DNA of 64,000 nt, from positions 230 to 64,229 of the forward strand of contig CAZPOP010000017.1 in assembly GCA_964588305.1 (NCBI GenBank), in the 5' to 3' direction. This document shows, in pieces, positions 18,319 through 27,945 of this stretch. Numbering within the stretch: position 1 is the first letter of the stretch; each line of letters starts with the position of its first letter. Source of the stretch: an uncultured Ignavibacteria bacterium (GTDB lineage Bacteria > Zixibacteria > MSB-5A5 > SM1-73). The position numbers and the translations under genes are program-made. A model generated the notes under the pieces. The model made no database searches and was not told the DNA's origin. It was given only the letters and a program-made list of their open reading frames with translations.

Positions 18319-19947
18319 CTACCTTTTTAGCTTTACAAGCCGAAGAACGCGTTGTAGCTCTTCCACCTTTAGAATACGTGAGAATACGGAATAACTTGCT
18401 GATCCCAGAAGAAGAATTATCACCAGGCTCAGGATTTTTTGGGCTAAGGGAGCGGTTATCAAATCCAATCCAAAAAACTTCAAGTAAACCCACAATCCTA
18501 ATCCCATGAGAATAGCCGAAGATAATATCTTAAGGAGCGTCACGGCAATGTCCTTTCGGTCCAGGGGGCCGATTCTTTTGTCCAAAATCATAAGCAGCAA
18601 GAAGAGATTTGTCATGGCGGCAATCGATGCTGCCAGTGCCAATCCTCTGAATCCCAAAGGATGCATCAAAAGGAGATTCAAGATGATGTTCACACATACC
18701 GCCACGGCACTGGTCTTAACCGGCGTTTTTGTATCACCCATAGAATAGAATGTGGATGCGGTCAATCGGACGGAAGAATAGGCGAAAAGTCCGATGCAAT
18801 AAAACATCAAAGCCTGGGAGGTTGCCACCGTGTCTGGATGAGTAAATCTTCCGTGCTGAAATAGGACCGAGATCACCGGCTGAGATGCGACGGCCAAAAA
18901 GACGGCTGATGGTATGGTCAGAAAGAAAACCAGTTTCAAGGACGAGGTGAAGGTAGAAAGGACCTGACCCATCTCCTTTTTGGCAGCAAAGGCAGAGACT
19001 ATGGGGAAGGTCACCGTGGCCACCGCCACCCCAAAGACCCCGATGGGAAATTGCATTAACCTGAAACTGTAGTTAAGATAGGATACGGAGCCTTCCGGTA
19101 ATAGAGACGCAATCAGGGTATTTACAAAGATGTTGATCTGGGTGGAAGCCAGACCTAAGGTTGCAGGAACCATCAAAATCAAAATCCTTTTTACGCCGGG
19201 ATGTCGAAGATTTAGGGTGAAGCGGTACCTGAAGCCTAGCTTTCTCAAAGAGGGCAGCTGGATGGCCAATTGTCCGAATCCTCCCAGAAGCACTCCAATC
19301 GCCATCCCGACGATGGGGGGATCGAACCAGGGTGAGATGAAAAGGCCGCCTATGATCATCCCCAGGTTGAACAGGGTGGGCGCCAAGGCGGGAATGCCGA
19401 ATCGTCTGAACGTGTTTAACATCCCCATGGCCAGGGCGGCTAAGGCAATGAAAAGCAAAAAAGGAAACATGATTCGGGACAACAGAGTGGTCAAGTCTTG
19501 TTTCCCCGCCTCATCGCCGAAACCCGGGGCGATCACCCGAACGATGTAAGGTGAAAAGAGGATTCCTAAGATTATTACTAAACATAAAGTAACCAAAAGC
19601 AAATTGAGCACCAGGTTGGCCAATTCCCAGGCTTTTTCCTTTCCCTGGTTGGTGACGTGGTCGGTAAAGACCGGTATGAAGGCAGAGGAGAGGGCACCCT
19701 CGGCAAACAGATCCCTCAATAGATTCGGTACGCGGAAGGCGGCGATAAAGGCGTCGGTAGCGTAACCCGCCCCGAAAAGATAGGCGAACACCTGCTCCCT
19801 GGCTAAACCCAAGACCCGGGAAAGGAAGGTGGCGGAGCTTACGATGCCGGTGGATTTGGCAATCTTGTCCTGATCTTTTTCTCTAATCGGTTCTTGCGTA
19901 TGCAAAATTCTGAACACAAAAATGTGGTTGGTCGATTTGCCGAACAA
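18319..19947 (-). CDS. murJ: Lipid II flippase MurJ/MviN
   Basis: 'GLAREQVFAYLFGAGYATDAFIAAFRVPNLLRDLFAEGALSSAFIPVF' matches the conserved MurJ N-terminus. 12 or more predicted TM segments. The real start may be a non-ATG codon downstream. Confidence 0.85.
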   Translation of the reverse strand: MFGKSTNHIFVFRILHTQEPIREKDQDKIAKSTGIVSSATFLSRVLGLAREQVFAYLFGAGYATDAFIAAFRVPNLLRDLFAEGALSSAFIPVFTDHVTNQGKEKAWELANLVLNLLLVTLCLVIILGILFSPYIVRVIAPGFGDEAGKQDLTTLLSRIMFPFLLFIALAALAMGMLNTFRRFGIPALAPTLFNLGMIIGGLFISPWFDPPIVGMAIGVLLGGFGQLAIQLPSLRKLGFRYRFTLNLRHPGVKRILILMVPATLGLASTQINIFVNTLIASLLPEGSVSYLNYSFRLMQFPIGVFGVAVATVTFPIVSAFAAKKEMGQVLSTFTSSLKLVFFLTIPSAVFLAVASQPVISVLFQHGRFTHPDTVATSQALMFYCIGLFAYSSVRLTASTFYSMGDTKTPVKTSAVAVCVNIILNLLLMHPLGFRGLALAASIAAMTNLFLLLMILDKRIGPLDRKDIAVTLLKILSSAILMGLGLWVYLKFFGLDLITAPLAQKILSLVIILLLGSASYSVFSRILKVEELQRVLRLVKLKR

Positions 19948-20074
19948 AATCAGAGCCCAATGAATTGGGCAGCCACAAAAGCTTGACTTGAGCGCAAATC
20001 ATAGCGCTTCGCATCGATCCTACGCATGGTCTATTCCGTCCGTATGGGCGGATGAAAACGACAGTTTTTTAAGC

Positions 20075-20102
20075 TTGACAAGACGGGTTTTGTGTTTATA
20101 TT
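20075..20102 (+). promoter_or_regulatory. Sigma70-like promoter for rpsT (TTGACA-N16-TATATT)
   Basis: ttgacaagacgggttttgtgtttatatt, about 20 bp upstream of the S20 ORF. Confidence 0.5.
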
Positions 20103-20120
20103 CAAGAGTCGACATGTAGC

Positions 20121-20414
20121 ATGCAGCCTCAAATAAAGGAGTTGGATTTGCCTATTCATAAATCGGCTAAGAAAAGACTGAGACAAAGCAAGAAGGCGAA
20201 CATACAGAATCGGTCGATCAAATCAGAGATAAAGACATTAGTCAAAAAGGTGGAAGCTTCTCTGGATGAAAAGGATCTGAAATCGACTGTCTCGCTTTTG
20301 GATAAAGCCGCCAGGAAGAGAACCGTTCACAAAAACCAGGCTTCAAGGGTCAAGTCCCGGTTGAGCAAGTTGGTGAAGCAGAAGGCTTCCGGTACTCCTC
20401 AGGATGCCACCTAA
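20121..20414 (+). CDS. rpsT: 30S ribosomal protein S20
   Basis: 'HKSAKKRLRQSKKANIQNRSIKSEIKT...KAARKRTVHKNQASRVKSRL' is the S20 pattern. A sigma70-like promoter lies at 20075..20102. The true start may be a non-ATG codon near 20148. Confidence 0.9.
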   Translation: MQPQIKELDLPIHKSAKKRLRQSKKANIQNRSIKSEIKTLVKKVEASLDEKDLKSTVSLLDKAARKRTVHKNQASRVKSRLSKLVKQKASGTPQDAT

Positions 20415-20476
20415 CAGGTTTGTTCCAAAATCGGCCATTTTCTCTTTTTGTCGAGATTGGAATATAGATCTACACC

Positions 20477-21658
20477 TCACCACACCAAGTGTCTCAGCAA
20501 GAACAAAAGCCTGGGGCTTGATCTCAGGATGGTCTTGACCACAGGAATTGGGTCTATGCTGGTGACCGTCTTCCCGTCAAAGCATCCTTTCAGGAACGAA
20601 ACGGCCGCATCGAAATCCTCGTCGGTCATTCTTAAAAATATGGCCCGACAGTAGGAATAAAACCGCAATAAGCTCCCCTTGGACCGCATAAGTTCATCAT
20701 AATACTTCTTAAGAAACGAAACGGATAGATTCCCATCTTTGACATACTGGCTCACCACCGATCCGGCGATCTTTCCGGAGAGCAAAGCATTGGAGATTCC
20801 GGCCCCGGAAAGCGAATCGACCACTCTTCCTGCATCCCCAACCAGAAGGAGGTTCTCCTTAACTAAATTTCTGCTTCGATCAAAACTGGGAACTGCCCCC
20901 ATCATGGATTCCAGTATTTCGAAATCAGAGAATCTTTTCGCCACAAAGTCATCCAGCAGGTCTTTGGCCTTTTTGTTGGCAGGATCAGGCGTCACTGCCA
21001 ACCCGACATTGGCAAGATTCTCTCCTTTGGGAAAAACCCAGGCATATCCACCCGGGGCCACGGAGCATCCCAAATAAAACTCCACGCAGTCTGGTTCTAT
21101 ATCCACCTCTCCTAAGAGATATTGGGCACATGATTCTATCTGGTTCAATCTTAAAGAGGAATCCATCCCCGCCCACCCGGCTACGCACGACTCCACGCCG
21201 TCTGCTCCGATTATCACCTTGGCCTGGTATTCTTTTTCTCCTCCATCCTCCAGGACTCTAACTCCACACAGCTTTCCTTTTGTGTTTTTCATAAGCCCAA
21301 TGGCCTGGACGTTCGTTTTCAGACAGGCCCCGGCAGAAGCGGCTTTTTCGGCTAATCTCCGGTCAAAGAGTCTTCTGTTCAAAACTAAGCCGACGTCGGG
21401 ATGGTGAACCTTCATTCTGATCCCCTTTGGGCTGACCAGGAGCATATTTTGACTATAGGTGCTGACCCATTCCGGATCGAGCGGAACAAAATCGGTTAGC
21501 CCGGAGAGGCTTATGGCCTCGGCACATGACAGGGGAGATCCGATCTGCGAATGCTTCTCCAGAATCAAAACGGCGACCCCATTTTCAGCCAGAACCTTGC
21601 CGGCCATTGACCCGGCGGGGCCAGCTCCTACCACAATGCAATCGAATTCGTCGCTCAT
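20477..21658 (-). CDS. Geranylgeranyl reductase family FAD-dependent oxidoreductase
   Basis: FAD-binding 'FDCIVVGAGPAGSMAG', 'GADGVES', 'LVGDAGRVVDSLSGAGI'. Start set to the ATG at 21658, which is preceded by GGAGG. Confidence 0.8.
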   Translation of the reverse strand: MSDEFDCIVVGAGPAGSMAGKVLAENGVAVLILEKHSQIGSPLSCAEAISLSGLTDFVPLDPEWVSTYSQNMLLVSPKGIRMKVHHPDVGLVLNRRLFDRRLAEKAASAGACLKTNVQAIGLMKNTKGKLCGVRVLEDGGEKEYQAKVIIGADGVESCVAGWAGMDSSLRLNQIESCAQYLLGEVDIEPDCVEFYLGCSVAPGGYAWVFPKGENLANVGLAVTPDPANKKAKDLLDDFVAKRFSDFEILESMMGAVPSFDRSRNLVKENLLLVGDAGRVVDSLSGAGISNALLSGKIAGSVVSQYVKDGNLSVSFLKKYYDELMRSKGSLLRFYSYCRAIFLRMTDEDFDAAVSFLKGCFDGKTVTSIDPIPVVKTILRSSPRLLFLLRHLVW

Positions 21659-21705
21659 CTCTGATTTAGAAAGACCTCCGAAAAACCATCCCAAGAAGGC
21701 GGATT

Positions 21706-21788
21706 GGAGTGTTTACCTTTAAGACAACCCTGCATAAGCTTTTTGTCTTTCGAGGGCTTAAAGGTCAAGCTGAAGCTTGACACTCCAG
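21706..21788 (+). repeat. Structured palindromic repeat family, copy C, between ferredoxin and geranylgeranyl reductase genes
   Basis: GGAGTGTTTACCTTTAAG...CTTAAAGGTCAAGCTGAAGCTTGACACTCCAG, with compensatory inner stem ACCTTTAAG/CTTAAAGGT. Confidence 0.7.
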
Positions 21789-21815
21789 CAAAATCCTCGT
21801 CCGAAAGGCCATCTC

Positions 21816-22022
21816 CTACCTGCTCTTCCCGAGGGTTATCTCCTCGGGAGTGTCGGTCATTCTCAGCGCTCCTACCGGACAGAAAACTACGCAGTTTTGG
21901 CAAAGTGTGCACAAGTCCGGTTTGATTAAGAGTCCTGAGACAAAAAGCTCCAAAGCTTGATGCGAACAGACCGCCACGCAGCCCCCGCATTGTCCGCACA
22001 GTTTTGGCTCTACTTCCAGCAT
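21816..22022 (-). CDS. 2[4Fe-4S] ferredoxin
   Basis: Two CxxCxxCxxxC(P/S) motifs: 'CGQCGGCVAVCS' and 'CTLCQNCVVFCP'. Confidence 0.8.
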   Translation of the reverse strand: MLEVEPKLCGQCGGCVAVCSHQALELFVSGLLIKPDLCTLCQNCVVFCPVGALRMTDTPEEITLGKSR

Positions 22023-22243
22023 GTTGAGCGTCTTGACGCGAAACAGGTCTCGCTACTTCGGAACTTGGCCTTTTCTATCCATAAAAAATGCTGGGGTAAT
22101 TTAACCCCAGCATTAACGAATATCAAGATGTTTTTTGTGTTAGACTCTATGATGGGGCAGGGATCTGACCCCTGCCCCAACTTATCTGCTAATCCTTGTC
22201 AAATCAACTCCACGGATCCTTCTGATCCGCTCAGTCCGTTGAT

Positions 22244-24058
22244 CTACTTCAACAGGACCATTCGTTTGGTCTGGGTAACCTCGCCCGCACTCAACTGACA
22301 GAAGTAAATGCCGCTGGCCAAGTCTCTACCCTTTTGATCCTTTCCATCCCAATTCAAGGTCTTGGTTCCTGCTTCCTGGCGGCCGTCGACCAATGTTCTC
22401 ATCTTCTGGCCCAGTATGTTGTAGATGGTCAAAGTCACCCGGCAAGGCTTGAGGAGATTATATTTGATGAGGGTCTGGTTGTTAAACGGATTGGGATAGC
22501 TCTGGTAAAGCTCGAAATCCTTTGGAGTTATGGCACTCCCTTGGTCCTCCTCTTCGACCGCAGTAGACTTGGGGCAGATCATGACCGCATATTCCACTTC
22601 GGTGGCATAGAAGATCACGTCGTCTTTGGGTGCCGGTTTGGTGACGGCTATGAATTTCTCCGGAACGTTTAGGCCAGAGTATTTACGGACGCCGTAGGGG
22701 TAATTAATCTCCCAGAAAGGATTGCCCTGGCTGGGTGGGTCAGGGGTCAGGTTGCTTTGGTACATGTCGTGCGAGACGTTGGATGGATCGTTGTGCAGAG
22801 TGGCGTCATATTCCCCGGAAGGTGGATGTAGTGGCGGCCTGATCCTGCCTGGGGCACCGTGTACGGCTCCGTCCCAGTCCGGATCGCTGATGGCGATCTT
22901 CAAGGAGTCGGAACACACTCCGGCCATGGTGACAAAATGCCCGCCCTCTCTATGCCACTCCAATCCGTCGGCCGACCACCAGAAGCCCAGAAGCAGGATG
23001 ATATCCTGGGACCTTTTCAGCGAGTCCTCCATTTCGTGGAAGTTGGGCATCTCGAAGGTGGATTCCTTAAGGGCGAATTCAAAGTCCTGGAAGTATTGGT
23101 CCAGTGCCATCTCCATGGTGTCGACGTAGGTTCCCTGCCCTGGATTGCAGTGCATGCGCGCTGCCAGGCTATCTATCAGCTGAGGGGGAGTCCATCCCTG
23201 GGGTACGGCATCATACCACCACAGGCAGTTGGCCACGGCGGTGGGGCCGCAATAAGCCACCCACTGATCCTGATTCTGGTCAAAATCGGGCATGCCGCTG
23301 GGAGAATTCCCCGTGTCGTCTTTCCAATACCAACAGCTCTCCGGATCACACTGCTGGGTATAGCCGGTTATCCGCATGATCGGGTATCCGGGGACTGGAG
23401 GCGACCAGAAGTCTGACCACTCGAAATACCAGTACTGCTCCTCCCAGAAGTACCAAGCCCAGGCATCACAGGTGTCCGCCGGGTTTGTGCTCTCGTTGGT
23501 CATGGTTAGACTGGGATATGGCGGATTTGATTCGCCGGTGTATAGAATCTCCAGAAAGAACGGGTCACGTACACAACAAAGCGAGTCCAGGTCCAGATGA
23601 ATCGTGTCTGGATAAGCGGAATCGCTGTGAATGGTGTACACCTGAGAACACAAGATATCTCCGGGACCATTGCACTTGTCTCCCTCATACAAGTCCCGTA
23701 TATTGACTTCAATCTCCACCGGCCAAGTATAGTCCTCGGGGTCGTAGAGATAAAAATGTACATCCGTTATCTTGAAGGGATAAGGATCCGGCAGCCCGCA
23801 CTGTGCCGGGTCCAGATATAACGCAAATCCGTCACCCCCTTGAAAATCGCCGAAGTAAGAGGCTACCGCGTCATTATCGCTTTGAATCAGGCAGAAACCC
23901 TTGCCACCACCTGGGGGGGCAGGTGAGGATGGAATAATCTGATCCGCGGGGACCTTTTGGGGAGTTAGTTTGTCAAAACCTTCCGCAGCCGCATTTGAAG
24001 TGAAAATGCCAAAAACGAACACGCCCGCCAAGATCAGCATCGTTAGTTTTCTTATCAT
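22244..24058 (-). CDS. T9SS-sorted secreted protein with papain-fold Cys/His domain (paralog 1)
   Basis: Signal peptide. Conserved 'YCGPTAVANCLWWYDAVPQG' (candidate Cys) and 'REGGHFVTMAGV...ISDPD' (candidate His/Asp). C-terminal T9SS CTD 'YQSYPNPFN...GIYFCQLSAGEVTQTKRMVLLK'. Confidence 0.65.
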   Translation of the reverse strand: MIRKLTMLILAGVFVFGIFTSNAAAEGFDKLTPQKVPADQIIPSSPAPPGGGKGFCLIQSDNDAVASYFGDFQGGDGFALYLDPAQCGLPDPYPFKITDVHFYLYDPEDYTWPVEIEVNIRDLYEGDKCNGPGDILCSQVYTIHSDSAYPDTIHLDLDSLCCVRDPFFLEILYTGESNPPYPSLTMTNESTNPADTCDAWAWYFWEEQYWYFEWSDFWSPPVPGYPIMRITGYTQQCDPESCWYWKDDTGNSPSGMPDFDQNQDQWVAYCGPTAVANCLWWYDAVPQGWTPPQLIDSLAARMHCNPGQGTYVDTMEMALDQYFQDFEFALKESTFEMPNFHEMEDSLKRSQDIILLLGFWWSADGLEWHREGGHFVTMAGVCSDSLKIAISDPDWDGAVHGAPGRIRPPLHPPSGEYDATLHNDPSNVSHDMYQSNLTPDPPSQGNPFWEINYPYGVRKYSGLNVPEKFIAVTKPAPKDDVIFYATEVEYAVMICPKSTAVEEEDQGSAITPKDFELYQSYPNPFNNQTLIKYNLLKPCRVTLTIYNILGQKMRTLVDGRQEAGTKTLNWDGKDQKGRDLASGIYFCQLSAGEVTQTKRMVLLK

Positions 24059-24457
24059 TTGTTTCCTCCCTTTGGTTTAGAGATTTATAAAATCAGCAAA
24101 CTTTCATCAATTAGTCCTTTGTCCCACCTCCTTTTTTGTTTTTAGAGTTTCGCCAAAAGTCACCTATAAAAAGTTTTCCATGAAGTATATGGTTGAGGAT
24201 TTCAAAAAGCAAGAGATTTATCGGCGCAAACTGAAAATAACAATTTCGCGTTTTCTTCAAGACAGGTTCCTGCCCAGCTATCCTCTCCAGCCAGATGGTT
24301 AAGCGTCTGCCCAGGCGCGGAGAGAGACCTGACCACGAGATTTGGCCAAGCCTTATTTGTGTTACATCTTTCTACATGGTATCTTTTGATCCTCTTGTTG
24401 GTATGTTCAAGATCAAATCAAATCCGCTGCATCCGTCCGGGCGTTTGACTCGTTGAC

Positions 24458-27400
24458 CTACTTTAGAAGCACCAGACGTTTTGTCTCTTTGACCTCACCG
24501 ACCTTCAACTGGTAGAAGTAGATGCCAGTGGATAGGTCATTGCCTTTTTCGTCCGTTCCGTCCCATCTGATGCTCTGGAGACCTGCCTGGCTGCGTCCCT
24601 TCACGAAGGTTTTCACCTTCTGCCCCAGAACGTTGTAAATCGCCAAGCTGACCTCAGCCGGCCTTCGCAGATCGAACTTGATCAGGGTCTCGGCGTTGAA
24701 TGGATTGGGGAAGTTTTGATAAAGCTCAAAGTCCTTTGGAGTCAGAGCCGCTTCCTCCTCTCCCTCCACTGCGGTGGGCTTGGGACAGATCATTACCGCA
24801 TACTCCACCTCGGTGACAAAGACGTCCATCGCGTCTTTGGGCGCCGCTTTGGTCGCAGCCCTGAATTTGTCCGGAACGTTCATGCCGGAGAATCCACCTC
24901 GGGCCCAGATATAGTCGATTTCCCAGAAAGGATTGCCCGGGCTGGGGAACGGGTTGTCAAGCAGGCTTTGGTACATGTCGTGGGAGACGTAAGTTGAATC
25001 GTTATGCAGTTCAGGCGGATAGAGTCCGGCTCCCGGATGCCACGGAGGTCTGACTCTGCCAGGTCCACCTTCCACTGCCGCATCCCGGTCCGGGTCGCTT
25101 AGGGCAATCTTCAGAGACTCGGAGCATACACCGGCCATGGTGACAAAATGTCCGCGCTCCCTGTGCCACGTTCCCCCGCCCGGACAAGCGGGAAAGCCGG
25201 CGCAGCCAAGAGCATCCGACGTTGGATCCACGCCGCAATCCGGAAATGGGGGAGGCAAGTCGGGACCAGCCATGTAGATATAGTCATAGAGAGCTATGCT
25301 GTCGCCGGAATCCAATACCCCGTCATCGTTAGCATCGGCAGCATCATCGCACGGAAAAGGTGGTCCGGTCAGCCAATAAGTTAAGTCGGCCGTGTCAGTG
25401 ACTCCGTCCTGGTTTAAATCTCCCCGGATGAACTGCTGCGGTTCTCCCTCATACCACCAGAAACCCAAGAGCAGGATGATGTCCTGACACTTCTTGAGCG
25501 AATCCTCCATTTCGAGGAAGTCGGGCATCTCGAAAGTGGATTCCTGGAGGGCAAATGCATAATCCAGGAAATACTGCTCCAGTCCCGCCTGCATGCTGTC
25601 GACGTGCGTTCCCGAGTCGGGGTCGGTTTGAAAGTATCTGGCCAGCGTATCGATCAACTGAGGCGGAGTCCAACCGGGCGGAACTGCATCATACCACCAC
25701 AGGCAGTTGGCTACTGCCGCGGGCCCGCAGTAGGCTATCCATTCGTCCTGATCCTGATCAAAATCGGGCATGCCGCTGGGGGCGTGGGCGGTATCTGGTT
25801 TCCAGTACCAGAGCGAATCGGGCTTCACCAAATGCACCCAGGTGGTGCAATAGTCAGCGGCACCATCCTCGTCGGTCAACCCGTGGATGACCATGTGGGT
25901 ATCGCAAGGGGTGCAGCCGTCAGTGTACCAGGTGATCTCCCAGGTGCCGGATGAAGTTCCCTGTCCTGAGATTCTGGTTATGAAATAGTCGCTGCCGCAG
26001 CCGGGCTGAATGTCAATGGAGGCTTCGTTTTGAATAGAATCCCCGTCCGGATCCGTGCCGGTGATGGTATACTCCACCGCATCGTCCACATTGCCCTCAA
26101 GGAAATCGGGCTGTTCGATCTGGGGCGGGTAATTCGCGTCCGGGTTGGGGCAGATCATGACGGCTGCTTCCACTTCTGTACGCCAATACTCCAAATGCTC
26201 GGGCGCTGCCCTGGTGACGGGCCGGAACCTCTCCGGAACGTTTTTGTTAAAGTATATCAGTGGCTCGTAGCAGTAATCTGCCAGTTCCCATAAGTCGCTG
26301 GCCGGGCTGGGAAATTCCGGGTTAAGCAAGCAGATATAGGCGTCATGGGAGACGTATTGGGTGTCGTTGTGATAGGTGGGGTCGTAACCTCCCCAGGGAA
26401 GGTGCTCTTCCGTTCTGACTCTGCCCGGCCACCAGGAGTACAGTAAACATTGATCCCGATCCGGATCGGATATGGCTACCTCCTTTTTCTCGGAGTTGAC
26501 CCCGGCCATGGTTACAAAATGCCCGCCTTCACGGTACCACTTCGCAGAGTCGTCATCCCACCACCAGAAACCCAGAAGGAGGATGACATCCTGGCAGACC
26601 TTGAGCGAGTCTTCCATCTCGTAAAAGTCCGGCGCCCAATAGGTGGTCTCCTTTAGGGGGAGCAGGTAGTCCTCGAAGTAACTGTCCAGGCCCGCTTGAA
26701 TGGAATCCACGTCGGTGCCAGCAGGGCCGGTGCCGAAGTACCCTGCCAGCAGCTCGATGAACTGGGGAGGCTGCGTTCCTTGCGGGACGGCATCGAACCA
26801 CCAGAGGCAATTTGCCACTGCTGTGGGTCCGCAAAAGGCTGTCCACTCTTCCTGGTTCTGGTCGAAATCGGGCATGCCGCTGGGGGCAGTGGCGGTGTCC
26901 GGCTTCCAATACCATTCTCCGCACTCGGTCTGTTCCTCGCCGCAATATCCACTTATGCCCAGCACGACCCATCCCGGAACGGAAGGTGTCCAAGCCTCAT
27001 ACCACTCCGACCAGGCTGGCTGACCAGACCAGAGCCATTGATAGCAGGTATCGACGGTGACCGTGTCAAAAAACACGCTGGGAATTGAGCCACTCACTCC
27101 GCTCATATACTCCAGATTGAAGAAAAATGGCTTGTCGAGACAGACGGTGTCCGGGAACGAAATTTCTACAGAATCAGGATAGAACGTGGTGATATGGTAA
27201 AGCTGTGATCTCCATATCTCGGTCCCTGGTCCATCGCAAATGTCAGGGCAGACTATCTCCGCACTGAAGCGTACATCCACCTGCCCGCTTCCCGAATAAT
27301 CGTTAAGGTACAACGACACACCAGTCAACTGGAAAGGGTAGTTAGAGGGATTCCCGCAGTCTTCCGGGTCGAAGTATATGGCTACCTTGTCGCCGGATTT

Positions 27401-27622
27401 AAAACCACCCCAGAAATAAACAGGTGTCCAGTTGGTGTGCGACAGCACACAATAGTTTTCCTCGCCGGTTAGGGCCGGAGGTTTGAGAGGGATTATCTTG
27501 TCAGGGGGAATCGGAATCACCTTCCTGGTGGGCATCACCGCGGGCTGTTGAACTGTGGCTGAAGAAAAGGTGATCAGACTTAAGGCCAGGATGCCCAAAA
27601 AACATATTGATCTTTTGTTCAT
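24458..27622 (-). CDS. T9SS-sorted secreted protein with duplicated papain-fold Cys/His domain and internal dockerin insertion (paralog 2)
   Basis: The 'FCGPTAVANCLWW...GGHFVTMAGV' module occurs twice. Between the 'GFWW' and 'GHFVTMAGV' segments of the second copy lies a dockerin-like pair of Ca-binding loops ('GDLNQDGVTDTADLTYWL' and 'DANDDGVLDSGDSIALYDYIYMAG'). T9SS CTD 'YQNFPNPFN...GIYFYQLKVGEVKETKRLVLLK'. Confidence 0.65.
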   Translation of the reverse strand: MNKRSICFLGILALSLITFSSATVQQPAVMPTRKVIPIPPDKIIPLKPPALTGEENYCVLSHTNWTPVYFWGGFKSGDKVAIYFDPEDCGNPSNYPFQLTGVSLYLNDYSGSGQVDVRFSAEIVCPDICDGPGTEIWRSQLYHITTFYPDSVEISFPDTVCLDKPFFFNLEYMSGVSGSIPSVFFDTVTVDTCYQWLWSGQPAWSEWYEAWTPSVPGWVVLGISGYCGEEQTECGEWYWKPDTATAPSGMPDFDQNQEEWTAFCGPTAVANCLWWFDAVPQGTQPPQFIELLAGYFGTGPAGTDVDSIQAGLDSYFEDYLLPLKETTYWAPDFYEMEDSLKVCQDVILLLGFWWWDDDSAKWYREGGHFVTMAGVNSEKKEVAISDPDRDQCLLYSWWPGRVRTEEHLPWGGYDPTYHNDTQYVSHDAYICLLNPEFPSPASDLWELADYCYEPLIYFNKNVPERFRPVTRAAPEHLEYWRTEVEAAVMICPNPDANYPPQIEQPDFLEGNVDDAVEYTITGTDPDGDSIQNEASIDIQPGCGSDYFITRISGQGTSSGTWEITWYTDGCTPCDTHMVIHGLTDEDGAADYCTTWVHLVKPDSLWYWKPDTAHAPSGMPDFDQDQDEWIAYCGPAAVANCLWWYDAVPPGWTPPQLIDTLARYFQTDPDSGTHVDSMQAGLEQYFLDYAFALQESTFEMPDFLEMEDSLKKCQDIILLLGFWWYEGEPQQFIRGDLNQDGVTDTADLTYWLTGPPFPCDDAADANDDGVLDSGDSIALYDYIYMAGPDLPPPFPDCGVDPTSDALGCAGFPACPGGGTWHRERGHFVTMAGVCSESLKIALSDPDRDAAVEGGPGRVRPPWHPGAGLYPPELHNDSTYVSHDMYQSLLDNPFPSPGNPFWEIDYIWARGGFSGMNVPDKFRAATKAAPKDAMDVFVTEVEYAVMICPKPTAVEGEEEAALTPKDFELYQNFPNPFNAETLIKFDLRRPAEVSLAIYNVLGQKVKTFVKGRSQAGLQSIRWDGTDEKGNDLSTGIYFYQLKVGEVKETKRLVLLK

Positions 27623-27945
27623 GTTTTTGACTCCCTAAGTTCAAAATTCGAGGTAAGACTGGTCCTCAGCAATGAGTTTAAGCTGTCATTCATCACCGGA
27701 GATCAACCCAAGTACGAAAGCATAGCTTAAGGCCCTGCTTCCTTTTTTGCTTGAAGTCCTGCCAAAAGTTGCCCAAGAATATCTTCATTTTACGTTTTCA
27801 TTATAATATATCAACGGGAAACTCGGAAGGCAAGGAATTTGTGGGTACAAGAGTTGAAAATCACGCATCTTTGCACTGGCCGACGAATTCATCACTAAGG
27901 TATGGGTGGAAGAAATCCTATCCGCACAGGGTCAATACCGCTTTT

